64,000 nucleotides of DNA from Anthoceros angustus (lineage: Eukaryota; Plantae; Anthocerotophyta), in NCBI GenBank assembly GCA_010909165.1, contig MU008149.1, positions 1 to 64,000 of the forward strand, given 5' to 3'. The position numbers and the translations under genes are program-made. The notes under the pieces are model-generated. The model was given only the letters and a program-made list of their open reading frames with translations. It did not search any database and was not told the origin of the DNA. Shown piece by piece: positions 24,480-36,050 of the stretch (position 1 is its first letter; each line of letters begins with the position of its first letter).

Positions 24480-27300
24480 GGAGAGGTGTGGCGGATTTCA
24501 AAACCATGTTGCAATCAAATGTGCTTGCGGTGACAAAAGAAAAGTTTCGGGAGCGGTACCGATTCCTAAGGATGGGCAGGCGAGCAAGAGACATTTCTAG
24601 AGTCCTTGGTTCAAGCGAGAGGGGATGTGAAAGGGGTAAAGTATGCACACACATTTTGGGGTCCATTCCGATCTCTTGCTTGAAGGCATTTAGAAGAGTA
24701 TATTGCATAGGGCTATGAGATGAGGAAGCGAAGAGAATCATTTGAATGCCCGTGGGATGGTTTTCAGCCTAACCCCAAACCACAGTCTTCTTATGCGTTG
24801 GGGCGATATCACGGATGGATAAGACATTTCTAATGATGGCGGTGCCGAACGTGGAGGTCTTCAACCTTCCGGACACATACACAAGGTTGGAAATATGGAG
24901 TATGTACTGTGACAATGCGAAACCTCCGGGATCCTCTATGTGAAAATATCCATGGTTCTTGAAGTTATGGAAAAGCAACTTCCCAAGAGTGAAAATACCA
25001 AAATCCAACAGGTTTTCCACGTGCTCACTCTGCAGTCTGAAGAGCACAATTAGGAACACATCCACAAATCCGATCAAGGTAATTGTTACCACTTTAGTGG
25101 GCTGGTTGACATGCATGGGAACTTATGACAATGGTTTTCTTGAGTGGGGAATGGTTGTTTTGAACTCGAGGCTTTATGGGCAAGATCCCTATAACCGGGT
25201 CTTGATCTTTGTATGATGGGATGGGGTCGACCGTCGTCCACATATGCAAAACCCTTGGGATGAAACCACGAGAGGCCGTACATGTGGTGGGGCCGGCGGC
25301 CGGTGGAGGCCAAGAACCCTATGGTGCGTTAAGAGCCACGGAGATGGGCGCGGCGGCGCCCACCTCCAGTGCTCTTAACGGCACCATAAATCCGAGGATA
25401 CCAGCCAACGCCCACATGGCGAAGGACCATACGGGTCACCCTACAATTTATACATGTGGTGGCGGCGCCCCTCCATAACCAAAAGCCGATGGCATGGATT
25501 GTGGTTGCTCGTGTACCCAGCGACAATTGTTGCAAATGCGCTAGGACGGAACATGAAGGTTCTTCCTCCGTTGATTTGGGGCGGACGTCGCCAGCGGTCT
25601 CCAAAGATAGGAGGGTCCTTCATATCTAAGCGGATGTCTCTTCAAATGTACACGAGTGTGTATGTTTTAAAGCAGAAAAATATCAAGCGGCTTTAGATGC
25701 CCATCGTTTGCGGTTACATCGAGCGGTGAAGATGGCGGCTCGAGCAAGAGTTATGTAGAACCACATATGTACCTTCTACTTTCAATCGATGGAATGGACC
25801 AAAAGAAGGCGGAGATTCCCCATCTACTTGATGGCCAAAGAACTTGGATGAGGAGTGCCGTATTCAGGTTCATGTGGTTGGGTGCATGATCCACAATTAC
25901 ACGTTTAAGGCAAGAGCTTACTTGCATTATGCGAACTTGCGGAATGATGCCAATCTCACGATTACCATCATCCAAGATGTTATTCATAACTACGAAGGAG
26001 TATTGCCGAAAGTGTTATATTTGCAATTGGACAACACCTGCAGAGAGAACAAGAATCAACTGCTGTTTGCATATCTCAACATGCTCGTGGACATGGGGAC
26101 GTTTGAAAAGGTGAAAGTGGGGTTTTTGTTGGTGGGGCATACGCATGATCAAATCGACCAAATGTTTTCATGCTTTTCAAAAAGCTTAAAACACAAGGAA
26201 GCTCACACTCTTCCTGTGCGAGATTTTGATTAGTGCGTACACTCCACCGGAGGTGAAGATATTGGTGATTCGGACTTCCGGTCATATGTTTGGCCCATAA
26301 GGCAAGGGAAGGTGGACACGCATACAAGGCGGTCAAAAATTAAACAACCTCTCTTTCCACCAATTCAAAATTACGAGAGAAGCCAAAGGTGACCGTGGGT
26401 TTTGTAACTCATCGAGGAGCGGTATTCCACATCAGCCTATTGGGAGAGGCCGGGTTGAGTTTTTGACATTCGTGCCGTTGGACACAATAACGGCTCCTTA
26501 ACCGCCTCCGGTCAAGGGATAGAAAAGGAAAGTTGGCGACTTATCACCTACGGATGGTGTGGCTCATTTGAAGGAAGGTCTTTTGGCCTTAGGCCTTATG
26601 TGACATCGGAGGAATACAAATGGTGGGAAGCTTTGGGTGGACCAACAAGAGATTCTTGTTATTGTTCAAAACAACATTGGGCTCGTCCTCCAAAGATCCT
26701 TGGAAGTGGTATTCGAGGTCCGAAGTAAATGTCAACCTCTGCGACTTGATGATGAAGCTTTATTACAGGCGTTGTTGAGGGACCTTCCACAACGAGATAT
26801 GTATTTGGGACGATACCAAAACTTGGAAAGACAACAGGAGGGAATGACACGTTTGAATGGTGATGTGTTGGAAATAAATAAGGGCATGTTCATTGCAGTT
26901 CCAGCCAACAGGGACACGCACAACAGACCATTTTGGATTGGGAAGGTGATTGACGGTTTGTTTGATGACCCACAGCCTCACTTACTTGTTCACTGGTACA
27001 GAACTGAGCACACAGATGCGTTTGAGGGTAGGTACGTTGAAGAATACATAATTCGGGGGGATGCCAGGCAGCCAAGCAACAAACCGGGAAAAGGGGTCAA
27101 GGGTTGAACCTAAAAATATTCAGAAGTTTATGTACAAAACCGTCATCTTGTATTATGGTTTCACCTTGAATTCTAAACATCTCATGCGGTAGACAAGAAG
27201 GCAATCAAGGACAAGTGAATGAATTGGGGCTTCATACAACCAGCAAGTCAAAGTGGCAGAGGATGAAGATGACGGTGATGATGCCGAACCTATGAAGATG
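24480..27300 (+). pseudogene. Sola-like (DUF7869-type) DDD transposase, frameshifted, with a probable intron at ~25079-25675
   Basis: CCNQMCL; CLKAFRRVY; FLKLWKSNFPRVKIPKSNRFSTCSLC; YLLLSIDGMDQKK (~25770-25810); LYLQLDNTCRENKNQ; GFLLVGHTHDQIDQMFS (25844-26233); C-terminal FIAV...PFWIGKV...LVHWY segment and acidic tail. Superfamily assigned from motif recall only. Confidence 0.75.
25085..25620 (-). pseudogene. Probable Gypsy integrase C-terminal fragment lying inside the transposase intron
   Basis: Degenerate ...LQQLSLGTRATTIHAIGF... (YRxTxHxxTG-like) and FHPKGFAYV...KIKTRL*G; flanked by caag|gtaatt (25079) and ttttaaagcag| (25675). Confidence 0.45.
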
Positions 27301-28034
27301 ACGGCGTCAATTTAGAAGGAGAGTAGATTGCACTCGAATGTTAAAAGTGCGCATAGGGTAGCCTCATTTTCTTTTGAGAAGGAAACCAGACACATTCGAT
27401 CGTTCATTGTAGCCCATTCTCCTTGGGGAAAGTTTGAAACGACCTGTATATTCTACAAGATGTTAGGATGGAAACTCCACTCCAATCTTGACGGTTTAGT
27501 CCTAAAGCACTAGCGATTCGAGGACACCCTTTTGCACGCAATTTGCACATTTAGAGCATGTGCACATTTAGGGCTTACGATGCGTCACTAATAATGCATC
27601 CATACCCGGCACTTTCCTTTTGATCACGTCACATGACTATACATAGCATCTCGGATGGTTGGTGACACACATGACCCTCTTGTCTCAAAATCGATTCCTC
27701 CAACCTACCAAGGGATAGGAGATGACATATCACTTTGGATTGTGGGAGGCGGTGCGGCGGCGCGCCACCTGCAATTCCATGAATTCCATGTCGCATGCGA
27801 AGGATTCATGACCCATACCACCACCACCCGCATGGAAGCGTTCTGGGGAAACTTGAAATATGAGAGTTCGACATTGGTTGGACCATGTTTTCCGATTGTT
27901 TGTGGGGCATCGTCAAATGTACTCATCTTCACAGTCATGGTGCTCCATTTTGGTGTAAATGGGCTCTAAAGTCGGCATAGGTGTAAACTACAACCATTGC
28001 TCCACATGTCACGCAAGCTCATGCGTGTTGGTGT

Positions 28035-30820
28035 TCACCCTTCTTGATCATCTTTTCCGGCAAGCGGTGAACAAAGATTCAACACCCATCCAAAACCCCT
28101 TGCAAATAAAGGCGGAAAACCCTCATCTTGAATAATCACCCCTTCACTAAATAGCATGTTGGTTTGTTTCTGCCTCGTCTCAAGACTCTTCTCCAAGTGC
28201 TCCACTTGAGCTTCCATCCTCATAACATCCTCACGTTGGGTTTCTCACCTGCAATTTCCCTTGCTTGGTAGGTCCTTGTCTTCTCCGTCTTCAGAATTCA
28301 ACTCTCCTCTTGGCGGCTCCTATGTCTACCTTCTTGAACATCTCCCTATCAGCATCTCCTCCAACATGTCTAAGTCTCCTTTCTTACCTCAGGAGACTCA
28401 AGGCCTTTGCCTTGCTCATGGGATCTTACATCCCTTGCTTCCCTATGATGAGCTCCCGCTCATCACTTGGTGGGCAACTCCTCCCGTGACTCCATCCGCT
28501 CGCCCACCTAGCAGGGGCGGTTGCCTTCTTATCTCCTTGGGAGCTTCCAAAACCGTGACTTCCTTTCCCTCCTACCGTGGTAGGAGGTGCTCCCGTGGGA
28601 CTACTTCCCTACCGTGGTAGGACTAATTCACCTTGTAGGCCTTGTCATGAGGAGGGCGAAGGGGTCCCAAACCCTGTGGGAACACCTCCCACCCTCGTGA
28701 GTTCACCGCCATGGTAGGATCTATCCTACCTTCCATCTCCGCATCCTCCGGTCCAAACTTCAAATCCCCTACAACTTCTCCTTGCAAGTCCTCCTGCACA
28801 TCCTCGGCCTATCTTTGGAGGATTCCTTCCGCAATAATGTCCCGGTGGTCTTGCGGCACCTCCTTTAGCGCAAAGCACCAAGCACTCCTGTCCCTCTCAC
28901 AGGCTAAGTACACAATGTTAAAGGGATGCTTGGAATCATCCAACTCCTTACTTGTAGCCCTCTACTTCCCACAAATGCACTAGATAAGTGCTAAGATAGC
29001 CTTGACCTTGGATCTTCATCCGCGTTGGGTTTGACAACTTTTCCGGTGGTAGGTGTATGCTTCATACATGATGAGCCCCAATCCGGCCCGCTCCTTGAGT
29101 GATCTTCCATAGAAAATGGAGGAAGGTAGTGCTGAAATATGACACCCTTGGATTGCTCACCAAGCCCAAAACAATTCTTGTGAACAATCTCCACTTGGGC
29201 TCCAAGATTTGGTCGTCCAATTCTTGGACTTAGCCTTCATGCCCTTGCATAAGTGTAAGGGCTCCCTTGGGAAGATCCGCCGTTGATGCACGCTTGCCTC
29301 CACTCGTTCCTTCCATCAGCGTGATTCCGCTATCCTCGCTATCCACTGCCATATACACGTATGCTCCTTACGGTCCAACACTGGATCCGTCCGTGCGTTC
29401 TATCCGGTGGCGGCCAATTCCTCTTCGTCTGCTGCAAATTAGCAAAACACTCTCTATCAATTCAAGGTTGGTGTAAGACCAATGTCGCCCATACACCCAC
29501 TCTAGCTGAATATTCTCCTCTGCTGCCCAAGGTCGAAAGTCGAAAGGTCTCTAGAGGATGGCTGCCTTACGTAAATAAGGGCATGTCAAATTTCCACCCT
29601 CGGTCGATCCTCCTGCCTTAGACCTCTTGCCGCTCCTGCGCCACCTCCCTTGGTGGACGCTCCTTCCTTAGCTACTACCTCCTTGCCCTTGGTCATGGTA
29701 GGCTTGGTCATGGCCTCCTTGGTTAGTACTTGCATTGAAGAAAAGTGATGCCTCTCCGCAATTCCTGCGGCTCACCGACTTCTTATCCTTGCAAAGCGTT
29801 TCTCCTCCTCCTCATTTGCTCTTGCTCCTCTCAGTCCTTACACCTTGGCGTCCCAAAACCCGATTTCTCCTGAAAGCTCACCAAAATTCCCCACGGACTC
29901 TTACACCTTGACAATTTAGGAGCCCTTCACGGTTTCCTAGCAATCTTGCCACGCTCCACCCTCCTAGGCACCCTCACGAGCTTGGCAAGTGTTGGGTTGC
30001 GCCCCAACCTTCTTCTCCCTTCTCTTCTTCCTCTTTTCCTCCTTCTTCCTCTCTTGGGCGCTGGCGGTTCGCCTCCTTCTGAGCTTGCGCCCTCCTTCTC
30101 CTCCTCAACAGCAGGCGCGTGTGTGCAGTGGCGTTGCTGTATGGGGCCTTGGGCAGCTTGAGGTGTGGCGGCGCCCTGCTGTGAGGCCGTCTCCTTCAAG
30201 TTTACGAGTTGTGGCCTCCTGCGGGCACTGCGACCACTTTTATAAGTCACCCAAGGGTTAGAAAAAGTAACTACCATTCTATCCTGCCCTTGGATGTGTG
30301 CCACGTGGCCCCTCTCACCATTGATGTTAGTTTCCTAATTTCCTTATACTAAAATACCATTTTCCCTATTTTTCTAATTTTCTAATTCGAAAATTAGCCT
30401 CTAATTTCTTAATTACCTATTTTGGCCTATTTATCTAGTCCACTAAAAGACTCTATATATAAGCCTATCACCTAAAACATAAGCTACCTTCCTTAGAAAC
30501 CTATCTCCTACCGTGGTAGGACATCCTCCTACCATGGTGGCGTTTTCCTTTCTCCTACCACGGTGGGAGTTACTCCTCGGTGGGATACCTTCCTACCCTC
30601 TCCTACCATGGTAGGAGCTATTCCTGGTAGGTGATCAAAACACTAGCGGGGTCATCTCCTCGGTGGTAGGATCTCTACCCTACCCTCTACCATGGTAGGA
30701 GTTTCTCCTACGGTGGTAGGACACCTCCTACCACTCATGTAGGTTACCTTTTCTCCTCACCAGGTCGTTTTGACCCGTTTCTTTTCCCATATCCTCTGCC
30801 TTCCCAGGCATGGTCCTACA
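28035..30820 (-). mobile_element. LTR-retrotransposon fragment: candidate LTR (30322-30820) plus degenerate accessory ORF (~28035-29720); second copy ~36778-39565
   Basis: TG...CA-bounded 499-bp segment with a TATA and a palindrome array; adjacent tggtgagagggg (minus strand) is PBS-like. ORF fragments KWRLFTRIVLGL...FLHFLWKITQG../PDWG...GYLSTYLVHLW resemble ORF 6578-7201. Confidence 0.6.
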
Positions 30821-31229
30821 ACTCCCGCTCAAAAGGAGCAAAAATTTCCTTGCATGTCTTCACCAAACCATTTCTAGCAAAGAGTGTGGGCTGTTTCAAA
30901 GCGAACTCATTTAAGCTGGTTGCCCAAACTGCGTTCCACAGCAGTCTCGGCCTCCTCGGCCGTTCTCGGTAGTGGCCCCCTCCTCGTCCGTTCCTAATAC
31001 ATGATGACACGAGATATATAGCACGCTAGGATTAGACTGGTGAGATGCCCAACATACACCATTGCCCTCATGGCTCGGAAGATAAACAGCCTGAACATGT
31101 TATGTTGGGGAATCCGGCAAAGATATTTGGAAGCGAAAAATGGCCATTCGGGTTTACTGCGATGGCAGTGATAGATGGTCGATCCGTCCTCTCATTGTCG
31201 ATTCGGACGGGTTGCTAGGTACACTTGAC

Positions 31230-31423
31230 AAGATGGCAAGCTCATAGATGCAGGATGATGATGTGCAGGAGGTGCTACCACCACGTGAGACCCCAATTGT
31301 ACTCAAGGTACCACGAAACATTGGGGCATTTTGGTATCAAAAGGACACATCATATCTTGAAGATTGCCTATTTACGTCGGTATGTACAAGGATGTTGAGA
31401 ACACAATGGCTAAATGCGCAACT
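31230..31423 (+). pseudogene. Gypsy integrase zinc-binding (HHCC) fragment, frameshifted copy
   Basis: Duplicate of 39971-40183. Confidence 0.8.
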
Positions 31424-32131
31424 AGTTAGTCGACCTTTTTCTAATGATTAAAACTTTGAACTAGTTGAGAACCTTTTGCATCTTTTGAATCTTAAAGGCG
31501 TTTGGCGTGGCCCAAGCGCGTGCAAATCATTTCAATCTCATTCTGACTACACGTGGATCAAGAGCATCATGTCAAGCGTAGATATTATCGTCCCAATGTC
31601 CGAGAATCAAAGTGATGTAGAATTCCCAGGCGAGTATAGTCTTAGGATTGATTGGAACGAATAAAAGGTTTGCGCACCAGGATCATAGCACGAGCTCTAA
31701 AAACTCTAAATGTTTGCATACGTACCGGTTGTGAGAATGACCTTCTTTTAGGAAGGCTCTGAATTAGATAGAGTTTAAAATCAAATACGTTTGTGCATGC
31801 ATAAACTAGACCTAAACTCTTCAAAACGGCCGTTATTAGTGCGTTTTTTTTAGCATGCAATTTGGGGTTTGCGGAATTCTGTGTGCAAAAAGGGGTTACC
31901 GGAGAAACCCCTTTCTACCCATATGCAATGATTGCATATCTAGAGGACAAGGTGTGATATGAGCTTATCCTATGTGAAAGGGTCTACATATACTAGCCCT
32001 TGGCATCGTCATATGCCTAAGATATCTTGTATACTAGCCCTTGGCATCAGCATATGCCGAAAATATCCTAAGAATATACTATAATATGCAAAGAATATGC
32101 TTAAGCATATTACTTGTGCTTATCCACTTAG

Positions 32132-33964
32132 AACAGCATCTATGTAGAAAGGGGTTTCTCCTGTCAAAAGGTTGGAAAAATCCCAACCCTATTTGCAGGC
32201 GAAAGTTGGTTTGGTTTTTATTGGTTTTGTAGTGTTCATCCATCGGTTTCGCATTCTCGGCTCCACTTCTGTCAGTCATTTACACCAGCTGCGCCTTGTA
32301 CTCGACTTTATGGTGATTTAGTCGGTGTGATGAAGGGCCAATGACCTCATTGTTCCATAATTTTGTCATGTCCATAGTTTACGCATTTTGTGTGGTTTTG
32401 TATGTTTTGTATACTAGGGGGCCTAGTGCGGCGCCTAAACAACGCTTATGCACAAAATTGCGTATGAAAAAAGAACGCGAAAAATGATTTTCTAATGAAA
32501 CATGTCCTTTTGAGGTCGAGGATATCACGGAACTCCGACAAAATAACAAGTAGTAGACATCGAGAGGTTCACCCTAGACCGCTCTCATATATCTATCCTA
32601 TGCCCTAATGTGACGAAAGAACACCCTATCCCCTTTTCATCCTTCGGTGTTTCCATCTCTTCTAAGTGGTGACCTAGTACTAGGTTATCATCAAACATGC
32701 TGAGGGAGGGCCCTGGTGAACAAGTGCATGCACCGGGAGCAAGGGGCCCAGTGCAGCGCTGCACTGCATGGCGAGGGGAGGCCCAGTCGCACTTGTACCA
32801 GCAGGGGCCCATGTGCCCGCTTGTGGGTGCAAGCAGGGCAGGTGCCGCGCACTGTGGGCACCAGGCAAGGGAGTTACGCGCACCATGGGGCAAGGGGCCC
32901 GATTGCGCACTAGGGCAGGGCCTTGCGCGCACCATGGGGCAAGGGGCGGGCGCCACCAGCAGGGGATTGCGCCTTGTGCATGCAGGCCAGGGGACCAGTT
33001 GCGCTTGTGCATGCACCGAGGGGCAGGGGCCCAGTGCGCCTTGTGCGCACTGTGGGCAGGGGCTGGTGCACGCACTGGGAAGGAGGCCCAGTGCGCGCGC
33101 CCAAGAGCGCATCAAGGTCAAGAAGGGCTAAGAGCATGAACCCATATGGTTCATGCCTTCTAGTACATTCGACGGTTCATCCAAAGAAAAAAGAGCAAAA
33201 ACCTAAAACTCCAAAAACCTCAAAAAATCCAAAAAAAATCCATTTTTGAGGCAAGTCGCGCACTTGCCTAAAATTTTGATATTTTTTGGTATTCGTTGAT
33301 ATATTTTTGTTTTAAAGGGTTCCTTCGACGTTTTCAACCTTTTTGTGCACCTCCCTAATGTGGATATGTTCTTAAGAATCTTTACTAGCCTCATCTTTTT
33401 TCTAGTGGTTAAAATTTTAAACTAGTAGTGAGAACCTTTTGCATCTTTTGAATCTTGAGACGCGTTTGGCATGGGCCCGGCTCAAGTCTGAGACCACTCT
33501 CATTCTCGCATTGCACGGATCAAGAGCATCAGTCAACAAATATATTATCCCAATGTCTAAGAAACAAAGTCCTGTAAAATTCCCGCGAGAATATAGTCTT
33601 ATGATTGGTAGTATGAATGAAAGGTTAGTGCAAACAAGTTTTGCGCATCAGTCTGATATGCCATAAAAACTCTAAACATTTGTATATGTCCAACACCGCG
33701 CAATGAGATGTAAGTGCGCGCATAAGTTTACTGCGCGTCTTGATTTGAAAGAAAAGTCGAGAGTGGGACTTTAGGTTTTTGCCACGTACTTGCAATCTAC
33801 AATCTCAAATAACGTGTATCAAAACAATTATTCAAAAGGTTGTGGGTGACATGTATGCGGATACAAAATGCTTATTATAGTGCGGATTTTTCAAGTGCAA
33901 AAGGGGGTCAGTCACGTCTGTACAAAAAGGGTTTCGGAAAACCCTTTCTACACGAGATGTTGTT
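32132..33964. mobile_element. Non-autonomous TIR DNA transposon (~1.85 kb), AAC...GTT ends, 4-bp TSD TTAG, GC-rich core; related right-hand fragment at ~31424-31925
   Basis: Left end aacagcatctatgtagaaagggg vs right end ccctttctacacgagatgttgtt; ttag on both sides. The empty site cttatccacttagctaaccatg is present as reverse complement at ~12070-12091. Confidence 0.85.
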
Positions 33965-34524
33965 TTAGCTATTTACAACCATGTTTAATTAACACTAATA
34001 AGCACTTATTTAACACAAGTGCATTAGATTAATTAATACTTGCCTAAAGATATGTAATTAGATTAACTAACACTAATTAAACACTAAATCTAAGCTCGAG
34101 ATGACACCATAGGCCACATGAGCATCTCGCCACCTTCCTTCTTTGCCTAGGCTTCAAGGCAACCATGAACATTTATGCTCCCTCCCTTATGGTCTTCACC
34201 TTGGTTTCATCTGTCATTTCCAAGCCTTAGGTAAGTATTGCAGACGTTGGTTGGGTTTCATGGCAAACTGGACTATTCTTGGATCTTCTTTGCAAACAAA
34301 CTCGAAACATCTCTTGAAATATCTCAAACATGGTGTCAACCAATGCGTTCACCTTGCTCGCTCCGCCTCGGGTAGTCCTTCCGGCACTTTCCGCCTTGCC
34401 CTCTTGAGTAGCGCTTTGTCCTCCTTTTCCTATCAAAGCACCTTTGTGTTTTCGAAAACACTCACCATCAGAGGTGCTCATTTTCTGAGTGCCATCTCCC
34501 TAGTGAACAAGTCTCCTTGTGCTT

Positions 34525-36050
34525 CAAGAGTTATGTAGAACCACATATGTACCTTCTACTTTCAATCGATGGAATGGACCAAAGAAGGCGGAGATTCCCC
34601 ATCTACTTGATGGCCAAAGAACTTGGATGAGGAGTGCCGTATTCGAGTTCATGTGGTTGGGTGCATGATCCACAATTACACGTTTAAGGCAAGAGCTTAC
34701 TTGCATTATGCGAACTTGAATGATGCCAATCTTACGATTACCATCATCCGTGATGTTATTCATAACTACGAAGGAGTATTGCCAGTGTTATATTTGCAAT
34801 TGGACAACACTGCGAGAGAACAAGAATCAACTACTGTTTGCATATCTCAACATGCTCGTGGACATGGGGGCGTTTGAAAAGGTGAAAGTGGGGTTTTTGT
34901 TGGTGGGGCATACGCATGATCAAATCGACCAAATGTTTTCATGCTTTTCAAAAGCTTAAAACACAAGGAAGCTCACACTCTTCCTGTGCGAGATTTTGAT
35001 TAGTGCGTACACTCCACCGGAGGTGAAGATATTGGTGATTCGGACTTCGGTCATATGTTTGGCCCATAAGGCAAGGGAAGGTGGACACGCATACAAGGCG
35101 GTCAAAAATTAAACAACTCTCTTTTCCACCAATTCAAAATTACGAGAGAAGCCAAAGGTGACCGTGGGTTTGTAACTCATCGAGGAGCGGTATTCCACAT
35201 CAGCCTATTGGGAGACAGAGAGTTTTTGACATTCGTGCCGTTGGACACAATAACGGCTCCTTAACCGCCTCCGGTCAAGGGATAGAAAAGGAAAGTTGGC
35301 GACTTATCACCTACGGATGGTGTGGCTCATTTGAAGGAAGGTCTTTTGGCCTTAGGCCTTATGTGACATCGGAGGAATACAAATGGTGGGAAGCTTTGGG
35401 TGGACCAACAAGAGATTCTTGTTATTGTTCAAAACAACATTGGGCTCGTCCTCCAAAGATCCTTGGAAGTGGTATTCGAGGTCCGAAGTAAATGTCAACC
35501 TCTGCGACTTGATGATGAAGCTTTATTACAGGCGTTGTTGAGGACCTTCCACAACGAGATATGTATTTGGGACGATACCAAAACTTGGAAAGACAACAGG
35601 AGGGAATGACACGTTTGAATGGTGATGTGTTGAAATAAATAAGGGCATGTTCATTGCGTTCCAGCGAGACACGCAGACCATTTTGGATTGGGAAGGTGAT
35701 TGACGGTTTGTTTGATGACCCTGACCTCACTTACTTGTTCGTACAGTAGCACAGATGCGTTTGAGGGTAGGTACGTTGAAGAATACATAATTCGGGGATG
35801 CCAGCCAAGCAACAAACCGGGAAAAGGGGTCAAGGGTTGAACCTAAAAATATTCAGAAGTTTATGTACACAAAACCGTCATCTTGTATTATGGTTTCACC
35901 TTGAATTCTAAACATCTCATGCGGTAGACAAGAAGGCAATCAAGGACAAGTGAATGAATTGGGGCTTCATACAACCAGCAAGTCAAAGTGGCAGAGGATG
36001 AAGATGACGGTGATGATGCCGAACCTATGAAGATGACGGCGTCAATTTAG
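34525..36050 (+). pseudogene. Duplicated 3' half of the Sola-like transposase
   Basis: LYLQLDN/RENKNQ...VGHTHDQIDQMFS (34623-34959); part of the 8.8-kb duplication. Confidence 0.8.

Noticed and set aside
18196-28050. TIR pair delimiting the MTase-transposase module (aaggggtgaata at ~18197 vs gtgttcaccctt at ~28030)
   Set aside because: Match is only ~9 bp with no TSD; the right end is probably destroyed by later insertions.
32585-33249. Cluster of 120-180 aa ORFs (repeated at 41424-42106)
   Set aside because: GC-rich repetitive core of the non-autonomous TIR element; open on both strands with no domain.
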